A program made the position numbers and the translations under genes. Shown here piece after piece: positions 1 to 9,405 of a stretch of DNA of 32,000 bases; position 1 is the stretch's first letter; each line of letters begins with the position of its first letter. The notes below the pieces were generated by a model that saw nothing but the letters and a program-made list of their open reading frames with translations, was not told the DNA's origin and ran no database searches. This DNA is from Aliivibrio fischeri ES114 (lineage in GTDB: Bacteria > Pseudomonadota > Gammaproteobacteria > Enterobacterales > Vibrionaceae), in assembly GCF_000011805.1 (NCBI RefSeq), contig NC_006840.2. One strand, 5' to 3'.

Positions 1-491
1 GGTACACGGATTTCAACATCCGCAAGACCCGCCATTTTACCGCCATCTTTACCCGTTAATGCAATTGTCTTCATGCCTTTTTCTTTTGCGGCTTCAATTG
101 CTTTAATAATATTGCCTGAGTTACCTGATGTAGATAAACCAAACAATACATCACCTTTTGAACCAACCGCTTGTGTATAACGAGAAAAGACATGGTCATA
201 GCCAAAGTCATTACTTACACAAGATAAATGACTAGGATCTGAAATCGCAATACCAGGGTATCCAGGGCGATTTTCACGGTAGCGACCTGTTAACTCTTCA
301 GCAAAGTGCATTGCATCACAGTGTGAACCACCATTACCACAAGACAGTACTTTACCACCTTGTTTAAATGAATCAGCAATCGTTTTAGCAGCTAGCTCAA
401 TTTGAGCAATGTTTTTATCATCAGCTAAAAAGTCATTCAGTACTTGAGCGGCTTCTGTTAATTCAGAACGGATCAGATCTTGATAAGACAT
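1..491 (-). CDS. gmhA: Phosphoheptose isomerase (sedoheptulose 7-phosphate isomerase), 3' part truncated by window edge
   Basis: Manual minus-strand translation from the CAT at 489-491 gives [72 protein letters not shown]..., a SIS-domain GmhA pattern. SD-like AAGAGAG lies upstream. The ORF is absent from the supplied track because it is open at the window edge. Confidence 0.93.
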   Translation of the reverse strand, partial: MSYQDLIRSELTEAAQVLNDFLADDKNIAQIELAAKTIADSFKQGGKVLSCGNGGSHCDAMHFAEELTGRYRENRPGYPGIAISDPSHLSCVSNDFGYDHVFSRYTQAVGSKGDVLFGLSTSGNSGNIIKAIEAAKEKGMKTIALTGKDGGKMAGLADVEIRV

Positions 492-736
492 AGGATACTC
501 TCTTTTATTATTTTCCCTAATTGGGGCTAATCTCAGTGTACCTATCCCCTTTTATCTTTAAAAGAGATTCACTCTATATTTCTTCTCTCTTCTCCAAAAA
601 TATCACTCTTTCCCCTGCAAAAAAGCAGATACCACTCACTGAAAAATGAATATTGTTTATTAATTACTCAACCTAGATCACTTTTTAATCACGAGTGTTA
701 TTTACTTTTTATTAACATTAGAGCTACACTTAATTT

Positions 737-753
737 AACTGGTTAGACCTCTT
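737..753 (+). promoter_or_regulatory. Putative FadR operator upstream of fadE
   Basis: AACTGGTTAGACCTCTT closely matches the FadR consensus AACTGGTCNGACCTGTT and lies about 80 bp upstream of the fadE start codon. Confidence 0.7.
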
Positions 754-833
754 ACCTAAATAATAAATTTACGACATGTAATCGTAATACCTCTGTTCCT
801 ACAAACAGAGCAGCGCCGGAAAAGGAGAATCAC

Positions 834-3281
834 ATGGCCCTGACACTATTAGCAACAGTAATTGCACTTGCTGCATTAAGCTATCATCGACAATCTTTGA
901 AAACCTCAACCTTGGTTATTGCAGGTATTCTTGCCATTAGCTCTGGGTTAGGTTACGCTGGTTTTATTTCTTGGACTGTCTTTCTACTGGTCTCAGTTCC
1001 ACTAAATATTCCTTCAATTCGACAATCTCTATTCAGTAATAAAGCACTTTCTCTATTCAAAGGCGTTATGCCGGAGATGTCACAAACCGAAAAAGATGCG
1101 ATTGAAGCCGGTACAGTTTGGTGGGAAGCCGAATTATTTAAAGGTAACCCTGATTGGAAATTTCTTCATGGTATTCCTAAAAATACGCTATCAGATGAAG
1201 AACAAGCTTTTATGGATGGTCCAGTAACAGAAGTGTGTCGCATGGTTAATGACTATGAAGTCACCCATGAGCTTGCCGATCTTCCACCAGAAGTATGGCA
1301 ATACCTAAAAGATCATAAGTTCTTCGCTATGATCATTAAAAAGAAATACGGCGGCTTAGAATTTTCTGCTTACGCTCAGTCTTGCGTACTTCAAAAATTA
1401 ACTAGCGTATCTGGCGTACTCTCTATCACTGTCGGTGTTCCTAATTCATTAGGTCCTGGTGAGTTATTACAGCATTACGGTACAGAGGAACAAAAAAACT
1501 ATTATTTACCTCGCTTAGCTGAAGGTAAAGAGATCCCATGTTTTGCACTAACAAGTCCAGAAGCTGGTTCTGATGCAGGCTCGATTCCTGACTATGGTGT
1601 TGTGACTAAAGGCATGTGGGAAGGTGAAGAAGTCGTAGGTATGCGTATTACTTGGAACAAACGCTATATCACACTCGCCCCTGTCGCTACCGTTTTAGGT
1701 TTAGCTTTCAAACTTCAAGATCCAGATGGTTTACTTGGTGATAAAAAAGATCTTGGTATTACTTGTGCTCTTATCCCGACGGATTTAGATGGTGTTAAAA
1801 TTGGCCGTCGTCATTTCCCATTAAACGTACCATTCCAAAATGGTCCAACTCAAGGTAACGATCTATTTGTTCCGCTGGATTACATTATTGGTGGAGAAAA
1901 AATGGCAGGACATGGCTGGCGTATGCTGGTGGAATGCTTGTCGGTTGGTCGTGGTATTACACTGCCATCTAATGCCACTGGTGGAGCGAAAACAGCAGCA
2001 CTTGCAACAGGAGCTTACGCTCGCATTCGTCGTCAATTTAAGCTTCCTATTGGTAAAATGGAAGGTATTGAAGAACCATTAGCACGTATGGCAGGTAATG
2101 CTTATATGATGGACGCTGCGAGTAACTTGACCGTTGCAGGTATTGTTCAAGGCGAAAAACCATCGGTTATCTCTGCAATTGTGAAATACCACTGTACACA
2201 TCGAGCTCAGCGTGTCGCTATTGACGGAATGGATATTTCAGGTGGTAAAGGGATCTGTTTAGGTAATTCCAACTTCTTAGCTCGAGGCTATCAAGGTTCA
2301 CCGATCGCTGTCACGGTTGAGGGGGCAAACATTCTCACTCGTTCAATGATCATTTATGGCCAAGGAGCTATTCGTTGTCACCCTTATGTACTTGCTGAAA
2401 TGGATGCCGCTTATCTTGATGATAAAAAAGCATCATTAGAACAATTCGATTCCGCAGTCTTTGGACATATTGGTTTTGGTATCAGTAATTTTGTTCGCAG
2501 TTTCTGGCTTGGCTTAACGGATGGTTATGGCTCGAAAACACCATTTAATGATGAAACCAAACGTTATTACCAACAAGTAAACCGATACAGTACAAACCTT
2601 GCTTTATTGTCTGATATTTCAATGGCTGTATTAGGAGGAAGTTTAAAACGTCGTGAACGTATGTCTGCACGTCTTGGGGATGTATTAAGTCAACTTTATT
2701 TAACAACATCAACATTAAAACGTTTTGATGATGATGGTCGTCAAAAAGAAGATTTAGCTCTGGTTCATTGGAGTGTTCAAGATTCTCTGCATCAAGCAGA
2801 ACAAGCGATTGATGGATTACTGTCTAACTTTCCAAATCGATTTGTTGCTGGTGCGATGCGCTTTATTCTATTACCAACCGGGCTTCGTCGTCAGAAACCA
2901 AGCGACAAACTTGACCATAAATTAGCGCGTATTCTTCAAGAACCGTCAGGCGTTCGTAGTCGAATTGGTCGAGGGTTATTCTTAGAAGCAAGTCGCTTTA
3001 ACCCTGTAGGAAAAATGGAAGAAGCATTAATTGATATTTTAACTGCTGAACCAATTTATGACCGCGTATGCAAAGAGTCTAAGCAACGTTTACCATTTAT
3101 GCAGCTTGATCGCGTGGCGAAAGTTGGATTAGAACTCAATATAATTTCTGATAAAGAAGCGCTGTTATTACGTAAAGCAGAGAAAAGTCGATTAGCAACC
3201 ATCAACGTTGATGACTTTGACCCAAGCGAACTTATCGTAAAACCACAAAACCACAGTGTTGAGCACAGTAAAATTGCATAA
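834..3281 (+). CDS. fadE: Acyl-CoA dehydrogenase, FadE type (815 aa)
   Basis: Full-length ORF with N-terminal hydrophobic segments and acyl-CoA dehydrogenase motifs ([41 protein letters not shown]). SD AAGGAG upstream. Confidence 0.93.
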   Translation: MALTLLATVIALAALSYHRQSLKTSTLVIAGILAISSGLGYAGFISWTVFLLVSVPLNIPSIRQSLFSNKALSLFKGVMPEMSQTEKDAIEAGTVWWEAELFKGNPDWKFLHGIPKNTLSDEEQAFMDGPVTEVCRMVNDYEVTHELADLPPEVWQYLKDHKFFAMIIKKKYGGLEFSAYAQSCVLQKLTSVSGVLSITVGVPNSLGPGELLQHYGTEEQKNYYLPRLAEGKEIPCFALTSPEAGSDAGSIPDYGVVTKGMWEGEEVVGMRITWNKRYITLAPVATVLGLAFKLQDPDGLLGDKKDLGITCALIPTDLDGVKIGRRHFPLNVPFQNGPTQGNDLFVPLDYIIGGEKMAGHGWRMLVECLSVGRGITLPSNATGGAKTAALATGAYARIRRQFKLPIGKMEGIEEPLARMAGNAYMMDAASNLTVAGIVQGEKPSVISAIVKYHCTHRAQRVAIDGMDISGGKGICLGNSNFLARGYQGSPIAVTVEGANILTRSMIIYGQGAIRCHPYVLAEMDAAYLDDKKASLEQFDSAVFGHIGFGISNFVRSFWLGLTDGYGSKTPFNDETKRYYQQVNRYSTNLALLSDISMAVLGGSLKRRERMSARLGDVLSQLYLTTSTLKRFDDDGRQKEDLALVHWSVQDSLHQAEQAIDGLLSNFPNRFVAGAMRFILLPTGLRRQKPSDKLDHKLARILQEPSGVRSRIGRGLFLEASRFNPVGKMEEALIDILTAEPIYDRVCKESKQRLPFMQLDRVAKVGLELNIISDKEALLLRKAEKSRLATINVDDFDPSELIVKPQNHSVEHSKIA

Positions 3282-3293
3282 CCCTTAAAATCA

Positions 3294-3331
3294 AAAAAGG
3301 CCAGAGTAACTAACATTACTCTGGCCTTTTT
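3294..3331. terminator. Bidirectional Rho-independent terminator between fadE and the small minus-strand ORF
   Basis: Perfect 16-bp inverted repeat AAAAAGGCCAGAGTAA/TTACTCTGGCCTTTTT with T-rich tails in both orientations. Confidence 0.93.
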
Positions 3332-3349
3332 CATAATGTCTCTATCTTA

Positions 3350-3526
3350 TTAAGGTAAAGACATTACTAATTTTAAATAAATTATTTCTTCAAGTGATAA
3401 GCAATCAATCGTTTTATTGCATGAACCTAATTCTTGAGCAGCTACTGTTAGCTGTTTTTGTTCATGATGATGTGCTTCTAGCGCTTGCTTAAATGCAGCT
3501 TCTAACTTCGACTTACATGTAATCAA
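3350..3526 (-). CDS. Putative uncharacterised small protein (58 aa, TTG start; track ORF extends to a GTG at 3538)
   Basis: MITCKSKLEAAFKQALEAHHHEQKQLTVAAQELGSCNKTIDCLSLEEIIYLKLVMSLP. GAGG lies 6 nt before the TTG; a sigma70-like promoter lies upstream and a terminator downstream. Confidence 0.55.
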   Translation of the reverse strand: MITCKSKLEAAFKQALEAHHHEQKQLTVAAQELGSCNKTIDCLSLEEIIYLKLVMSLP

Positions 3527-3553
3527 AACATACCTCACTTAATTGAAGCGAGG

Positions 3554-3582
3554 AGTATAAATAAGCCACACCGATAATTCAA
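3554..3582 (-). promoter_or_regulatory. sigma70-like promoter for the small ORF
   Basis: Minus strand reads TTGAAT-N17-TATACT (-35 at 3577-3582, -10 at 3554-3559). Confidence 0.6.
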
Positions 3583-3654
3583 ATTTTATAAAAAAGCAAA
3601 CGTTAACTTTGGGCTAAATGTAACAAAATACTACAAAAGAAGAAGTAATAATGA

Positions 3655-3681
3655 GAAAAACCGCAAAAACTGCGGTTTTAA
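3655..3681 (-). terminator. Rho-independent terminator downstream of the TIGR03503-like gene
   Basis: AAAACCGCA(3657-3665)/TGCGGTTTT(3671-3679), followed on the minus strand by TTTTTCTCATT. Confidence 0.85.
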
Positions 3682-3698
3682 TCTTAACTAACGTGATT

Positions 3699-4961
3699 TT
3701 ATACTTTTGGCGGCGGTGGCATAGATAACTTTTCTGCTTTTGGCGCTGCATCTTTTACCGCTTTTGTTACCTTGATTTTTTTCCAAGCTAAAATCCCGGC
3801 AAAAATAAGCACTATAATCAATAAATTACCGGCAACAACATAAATCCAGAACCACTTACGAGCCTCTGCTCGCTCTTCTATTATTCTTTGCTGCTCTTCA
3901 AGTTTTTTCTTCTCAGCGGCAGCTTTTAGTCTCGCTTCATGTGCAGCTTTTAAATCAATCGGTTCAGTAACACCATAATTATGAGTTCCTAAATTAAATT
4001 GCAATGGTCTATCTGTTGCCATATCCGTTGCATACACCCATCCAAACCATGAGTTTTTACCCGGTAAATAACTATTTGGTAAATCAAAATACAATTTAGT
4101 TTCGTCTTTTTCTGACTGAGCTTGAGTAATCGTTACTCTTTCTTTTGGATCAACTTGTTCGATATGAGCCGCAAGTGAACCTGCTTTTATTGCGCCAGCT
4201 TCCGTATCTATAGTCATGGTATGTTTACGGTTTTCATTACGTGCTTGTGTAAAGCTTGCACGAATAGGCGCTGGGTATACCAATACATCTTGCTCAACGG
4301 TTCTTAAGAAAACACCATTACGAGATTGAATGCGAACCCAATATTTTCCTGGTTTAATATTAACTGGTAAGTTAACCGTAAACACACCATCGCCAGCAAC
4401 TTCATCCAACCCTTCACCATCATCCTCAAACGTTCCTAGAACTTCAGGTAGTGGGCGCGCTTCTTTTACTAGCTCTTTTTCATTAGCAAGATAAGGCGTA
4501 AACGTCACATTTAATTTAATACGATTTAAAAAATCTCTTAAAACTAATGGCTTTCCATCTTGTTCTAAACGTGCAGTAAACTTGAGCGTTTCAGATTGGT
4601 ACAATTTCTTTGGTAAGGTATCAACGCTTAACGTTAAGTTAGATAAAATCTTCACTTTATTTTCAGGAGTGATCTTACCTATTGCTTGCCATGGCCCAGG
4701 CATTGGATTTTCAATGGAAATAATATCCATGCCATTTTCTTCATACCAAGCGACATTCTTAGGATGTTCCCAAGCGTAATATTTGGTGCCATCAGGGCGA
4801 ACAAGTGTGACAGCTTGAGATGCTTTCTCACGATAAACTAAAAAAGAAACTTGTTTAATCGTAGGATCAACACGAAAACGGTTATCCAACCAAGACATCT
4901 CCGTACTTTTCGCCCAAGAAACCATAGGGACAAAAAGTGCAATTATCAATAACCGCCACAT
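3699..4961 (-). CDS. TIGR03503-like exported, membrane-anchored protein (likely start 60 nt inside the track ORF)
   Basis: Signal-peptide start MWRLLIIALFVPMVSWAKS with TAGGAG SD; beta-rich extracellular region; charged helix; C-terminal TM WFWIYVVAGNLLIIVLIFAGILAW; Lys/Pro-rich tail. The family name is from memory of the sequence pattern. Confidence 0.72.
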   Translation of the reverse strand: MWRLLIIALFVPMVSWAKSTEMSWLDNRFRVDPTIKQVSFLVYREKASQAVTLVRPDGTKYYAWEHPKNVAWYEENGMDIISIENPMPGPWQAIGKITPENKVKILSNLTLSVDTLPKKLYQSETLKFTARLEQDGKPLVLRDFLNRIKLNVTFTPYLANEKELVKEARPLPEVLGTFEDDGEGLDEVAGDGVFTVNLPVNIKPGKYWVRIQSRNGVFLRTVEQDVLVYPAPIRASFTQARNENRKHTMTIDTEAGAIKAGSLAAHIEQVDPKERVTITQAQSEKDETKLYFDLPNSYLPGKNSWFGWVYATDMATDRPLQFNLGTHNYGVTEPIDLKAAHEARLKAAAEKKKLEEQQRIIEERAEARKWFWIYVVAGNLLIIVLIFAGILAWKKIKVTKAVKDAAPKAEKLSMPPPPKV

Positions 4962-4971
4962 ACTCAAACTC

Positions 4972-5703
4972 CTAACTACGCCACAAACAGGCATCACCAA
5001 CAATATCCAAACGCTTTTCATGCGCTTCTAATTCATCGGCCGTTGCACGTAAAACCTTTAATCCTTTTCTACCTGAATTCAGTCTTTTAATGGTTTCTTC
5101 GTCTGAATCAGATGAATTCTCTCCAGATGAAAAGCTCAAACTTGTCTGCCCACCGGTCATTAACAGGTAAACATCAGCTAAGATCTCGGCATCGAGCAAG
5201 GCGCCGTGGAGAGTACGGTGTGAGTTATCAATACCATAGCGTTCACACAAGACATCTAGGTTATTACGTTTACCTGGAAATATCTTTTTCGCCATGGCCA
5301 AGGTATCGGTAATTTTACAATACTGATCCGTGGTACCAATTAACTTATTGAGTTTACTGAATTCATAATCCATAAAGCCAACATCGAAGGGCGCGTTGTG
5401 AGCAACTAACTCAGCCCCTTTAATGAACTCAAGGAATTCATCATGGATGTCTTTATATTCAGGTTTATCATATAGGAATTCATCAGTAATACCGTGAACA
5501 TCAATCGCTTCTAAATCGATTAATCGATCTGGCTTAATGTACACATGGAAGTGATTACCGGTTAATTTACGGTTAATGATCTCTACGGCACCGATCTCAA
5601 CGATACGGTGACCTTCATAAACAGGACCACCAGAGAAGTTCATACCTGTGGTTTCTGTATCGAGAACTATAATTCGATTCGAAGAATTGTTGCTAGCATT
5701 CAT
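4972..5703 (-). CDS. dnaQ: DNA polymerase III epsilon subunit, 3'-5' proofreading exonuclease (243 aa)
   Basis: RIIVLDTETTGMN, HNAPFDVGFMDYEF and HGALLDAEILADVYL match ExoI/II/III motifs of DnaQ. Confidence 0.96.
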   Translation of the reverse strand: MNASNNSSNRIIVLDTETTGMNFSGGPVYEGHRIVEIGAVEIINRKLTGNHFHVYIKPDRLIDLEAIDVHGITDEFLYDKPEYKDIHDEFLEFIKGAELVAHNAPFDVGFMDYEFSKLNKLIGTTDQYCKITDTLAMAKKIFPGKRNNLDVLCERYGIDNSHRTLHGALLDAEILADVYLLMTGGQTSLSFSSGENSSDSDEETIKRLNSGRKGLKVLRATADELEAHEKRLDIVGDACLWRS

Positions 5704-5755
5704 AGGTTCATTTGTGTCAGACTATTTCTAAATTCCTCTAATGATAACAGAGATA

Positions 5756-6214
5756 ATGAAACAGGTTGAAATTTTCACAGATGGTTCTTGTTTAGGTAAC
5801 CCAGGTCCAGGCGGTTATGGCATTGTAATGCGCTATAAAGGGACAGAAAAAACATTTTCAGAAGGGTTTAATAAAACCACTAACAACCGTATGGAAATGC
5901 TAGCAGCAGTGGTAGCTCTACGTAAACTAAAGGAGCCATGCTCTGTCATATTAACAACAGACAGCCAGTATGTTCGTCAAGGCATCACTCAATGGATCCA
6001 CGGTTGGAAAAAAAGAGATTGGAAAAAAGCAGATAAAAAGCCAGTAGTAAATGCCGATCTTTGGAAACAGTTAGATGCTGAATCTGAACGCCACAAAATT
6101 GATTGGCGCTGGGTAAAAGGTCACGCAGGTCATCGAGAGAACGAGATGTGTGATGAATTAGCAAGAACCGCAGCCGAAAACCCGACTCAAGATGATACGG
6201 GTTATCCTGGTTAA
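5756..6214 (+). CDS. rnhA: Ribonuclease HI (track ORF begins at 5741; [10 protein letters not shown] start preferred)
   Basis: [55 protein letters not shown]. Confidence 0.95.
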
Positions 6215-6954
6215 TCAGATTTCATTTTTCCTTGGCGGGTTTGAGCAACAGAAATAGGAGCCAACTTTGGCTTCTTTTTCCAAGCTGATTTTATTGGTCT
6301 TAATGGATACGTTCTTTTTCTCGCAACAATAAAATAAATACCACTAATAGGCTTAACAGCATCACCACCTAGCCCTTCAAACCATGTCCACATCGTGCGA
6401 TAACGAGTCAGTGGAGCTAAAGCAAAACAATCACTGTACACCACTTCAAAATTCAATACACTCAACCAATCTTTAATTCGGTGAGGAGTAAACATGCGTC
6501 CACTCCAAGGTAAATTATTTTTACGCCATGGAAACAAACTCGCAAGCCCAATAGCACTCATAGGGTTAAAACCGGTCAAGATGACATAACCGTCACCAAT
6601 AAGCACTCGATCTATTTCTCTGAGTAATTGATGAGGGTCTGATGAGTAATCTAACTGATGAGCTAATACACAAGCATCTATACTTTTTTCAAGAAACGGT
6701 AATTGAGGCAATTCTGCAGTAATATTTCTTAGCGAATTTTTGTTATCTAGGTTAACTTGGTGTTTAATATTACAAAAGCGACTATCTAACTCAGCACTTA
6801 GTCCACCAATTTTGAGCATATGGTAACCGAATAGTTTGGGACACCACTCATCCAAACGTGATTGAATAAGCTCACAAATCCACTCACCATGAGGGATATC
6901 TTCCCATGAATGTGGTTTTTCAATTTTTTTATCAAGCAGTGCTGGCTTAATCAA
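6211..6954 (-). CDS. SAM-dependent methyltransferase, YafS-like
   Basis: Methyltransferase type-11-like region ([50 protein letters not shown]). Position between rnhA and gloB parallels the E. coli yafS locus. Confidence 0.85.
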
Positions 6955-7001
6955 GATCGTTACCTATACCATCGAATAATAAAAAGTTTGGAGAAATGTG
7001 A

Positions 7002-7760
7002 ATGCTATCAGTAAAAAGCATACCTGCATTTAATGATAATTACATTTGGTTAATTCACAACAATGACAATCATTGTGTTGTTGTCGATCCCGGTGATGCT
7101 ACCCCTGTTTTAGAGTGCATTAAAGAGCATGACTTTATTTTAGATGCAATTTTAATTACACACCACCACCATGATCATATCGGTGGCGTTCCTGAGTTGG
7201 TAAGACAATTCCCTAACGTCAATGTTGTAGGCCCAGAGAATGAACCTATTCCAACCTTAACTCACCCCGTTGGAGATGGCGATTTTGTTGAGTTATTTGA
7301 TGAGCAATTCATGGTGTTAGGTGTCCCTGGGCATACCAATGGTCATGTTGCTTATATTGGTGATGAAAAACTTTTCTGTGGTGATGCTCTTTTCTCTGCG
7401 GGTTGCGGTCGATTATTCGAAGGCACTGCTGAACAAATGTTTAACTCATTACAAAAAATGGCAGCATTGCCTGATGAAACTGAAGTCTACTGTGCACATG
7501 AATACACGGCATCAAACTTGGCATTTGCACTCGCCGTTGAACCAGATAATGATTATCTATTACGTTATAGAGAAAAAGTTCTTCATCTACGAGCTCATGG
7601 TAAATCGACGATTCCATCGACTTTACAACGAGAAAAACTCATTAATCCTTTTTTAAGAACAAGTGAAGCGAATGTAAAGAAATCGGTAGCAAGTAAAGTG
7701 CAAGATAGTACCGAGGTTGAGATCTTTACCGCATTAAGAAGATGGAAGGACGAGTTTTAA
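7002..7760 (+). CDS. gloB: Hydroxyacylglutathione hydrolase (glyoxalase II)
   Basis: Metallo-beta-lactamase fold motif [44 protein letters not shown]. Confidence 0.96.
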   Translation: MLSVKSIPAFNDNYIWLIHNNDNHCVVVDPGDATPVLECIKEHDFILDAILITHHHHDHIGGVPELVRQFPNVNVVGPENEPIPTLTHPVGDGDFVELFDEQFMVLGVPGHTNGHVAYIGDEKLFCGDALFSAGCGRLFEGTAEQMFNSLQKMAALPDETEVYCAHEYTASNLAFALAVEPDNDYLLRYREKVLHLRAHGKSTIPSTLQREKLINPFLRTSEANVKKSVASKVQDSTEVEIFTALRRWKDEF

Positions 7761-7851
7761 GTATGAAACTTGTTTGATGTGTGGTTGCAAAGTATTATTC
7801 GCCTCCAAATAAAAATATTAATACGATTAAACACACTGAAGGCAATACATA

Positions 7852-9405
7852 ATGAAACTGAAACTCCATTGGATTGGACTCGCATTATTAGCAGGCTGTC
7901 AAACGGCACCAACACCTGAAAATACACAGCCTGATACTAACTCAGCAATCACCACGCCTTCAAAAACAGAGCCGAAAGCAGCAGAAGTTAAACCTGTTGA
8001 AAAACCGGCTCCTACCCCTCAAGAACAAGAAGATGTTTGGCAACGCATTGCTATGCAACTTGAGATGCCAATTCCAGATAATGAGTCGGTTGATTACTAC
8101 CGTAATTGGTATATCAAACACCCAAGCCACCTTCGTACCGTTGCAAAGCGTGCAAAGCCATTCTTATATATGATCACGGTTGAAATTGAAAAGCGTGGTT
8201 TGCCTATGGAATTAGTTTTACTCCCTGTAGTAGAAAGTGCATTTGACCCATTCGCCTACTCTCATGGTAGTGCTGCAGGTTTATGGCAATTTGTTCCAGG
8301 TACCGCAGATCGATTTAAACTAGAGCGAAACTGGTGGTATGACGGACGCCGTGATGTACCAGCAGCAACAACCGCAGCCTTAGATTACATGGAATATTTC
8401 GACAGTCGCTTTGATGGTAATTGGCAACATTCAATTGCCTCATACAACAGTGGCGCTGGCCGTGTATCTCGTTCAATTAAAAAGAACCAAAGATTAGGTA
8501 AGCCAACTGACTTTTTCTCTTTAGATCTTCCAAAAGAGACCAGTGGTTATGTTCCAAAACTGCTTGCTTTAGCTGATGTGATTAAAAACCACGAAAAATA
8601 CGGCGTAGAGCTACCACCAATTCCTAACAAACCCGTTTTAGAAATGGTTGATCCTAAGCAGCAGTTAGATCTTGCCATTGCCGCAGAGTTTGCGGGTATT
8701 TCCATAACAGAATTACAAGGTTACAACCCAGCTTATAATCAATGGGCAACCTCTCCCGATGGTCCATACCACTTATTACTGCCAATCGAACATGTTGACC
8801 AATTTAATGCCAATTTGAAAAAGAACGCGAACAAAACAATGAAAGTGGTTCGCTATAAAGTTCAATCAGGCGATACCATCAGTCAATTAGCAGTTAAGCA
8901 CAATACGACAACCAAGATCATTGAACAAACCAATGACTTAAATGGTGCAAACATTCGTGTTGGTCAATATCTATTGATCCCAACCGCTTCTAAAGGCAAT
9001 AAAACATATGCGTTAAGTGCCCCGCAACGCTTGAAAAAAACGCAAGCAAAAGCGAAAGGCAAATATAAGTTAACTCATAAAGTAAAAGACGGGGAAAGTC
9101 TGTGGAGTATTGCTCGTGATAACAGTATTTCTTACCGAGATCTTGCTAAATGGAACGGCATGGCTCCAAGAGATTCTTTACGTGTAGGCCAAAACTTGGT
9201 GATTTGGAAAAATAGCTCAGATGGTGCAATCATTCGAACTGTTCATTATCAAATCAGACAAGGTGATAACCTAAGCTCTATCGCACAGAAATTCAGTGTC
9301 GCTGTGACAGATATTATGAAATGGAATAACATCGAACGAGGCTCTTACATTAAGCCGGGACAAAAATTAAAACTTTACGTTGATGTTACTAAGGTAAACG
9401 TATGA
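7852..9405 (+). CDS. mltD: Membrane-bound lytic murein transglycosylase D with three LysM domains
   Basis: Lipobox-like LALLAGC; SLT catalytic region PVVESAFDPFAYSHGSAAGLWQFVPGTA; three LysM repeats (YKVQSGDTISQLA, HKVKDGESLWSIA, YQIRQGDNLSSIA). Confidence 0.93.
   Translation: MKLKLHWIGLALLAGCQTAPTPENTQPDTNSAITTPSKTEPKAAEVKPVEKPAPTPQEQEDVWQRIAMQLEMPIPDNESVDYYRNWYIKHPSHLRTVAKRAKPFLYMITVEIEKRGLPMELVLLPVVESAFDPFAYSHGSAAGLWQFVPGTADRFKLERNWWYDGRRDVPAATTAALDYMEYFDSRFDGNWQHSIASYNSGAGRVSRSIKKNQRLGKPTDFFSLDLPKETSGYVPKLLALADVIKNHEKYGVELPPIPNKPVLEMVDPKQQLDLAIAAEFAGISITELQGYNPAYNQWATSPDGPYHLLLPIEHVDQFNANLKKNANKTMKVVRYKVQSGDTISQLAVKHNTTTKIIEQTNDLNGANIRVGQYLLIPTASKGNKTYALSAPQRLKKTQAKAKGKYKLTHKVKDGESLWSIARDNSISYRDLAKWNGMAPRDSLRVGQNLVIWKNSSDGAIIRTVHYQIRQGDNLSSIAQKFSVAVTDIMKWNNIERGSYIKPGQKLKLYVDVTKVNV

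Noticed and set aside
1840-2082. 80-aa ORF in an alternative frame within fadE
   Set aside because: Fully inside a clear essential-length CDS, with low-complexity composition typical of off-frame translation and no independent signals.
3056-3334. 92-aa minus-strand ORF antisense to the fadE 3' end
   Set aside because: Starts beyond nothing promoter-like, runs through the terminator hairpin and fadE coding sequence, and has no recognisable protein pattern.
4582-4779. 65-aa plus-strand ORF antisense to the TIGR03503-like gene
   Set aside because: Shadow ORF of a well-supported CDS with no supporting start signals.
7321-7656. 111-aa off-frame ORF within gloB
   Set aside because: gloB motifs are unambiguous in the other frame; this ORF is likely an AT-rich frame-shadow.
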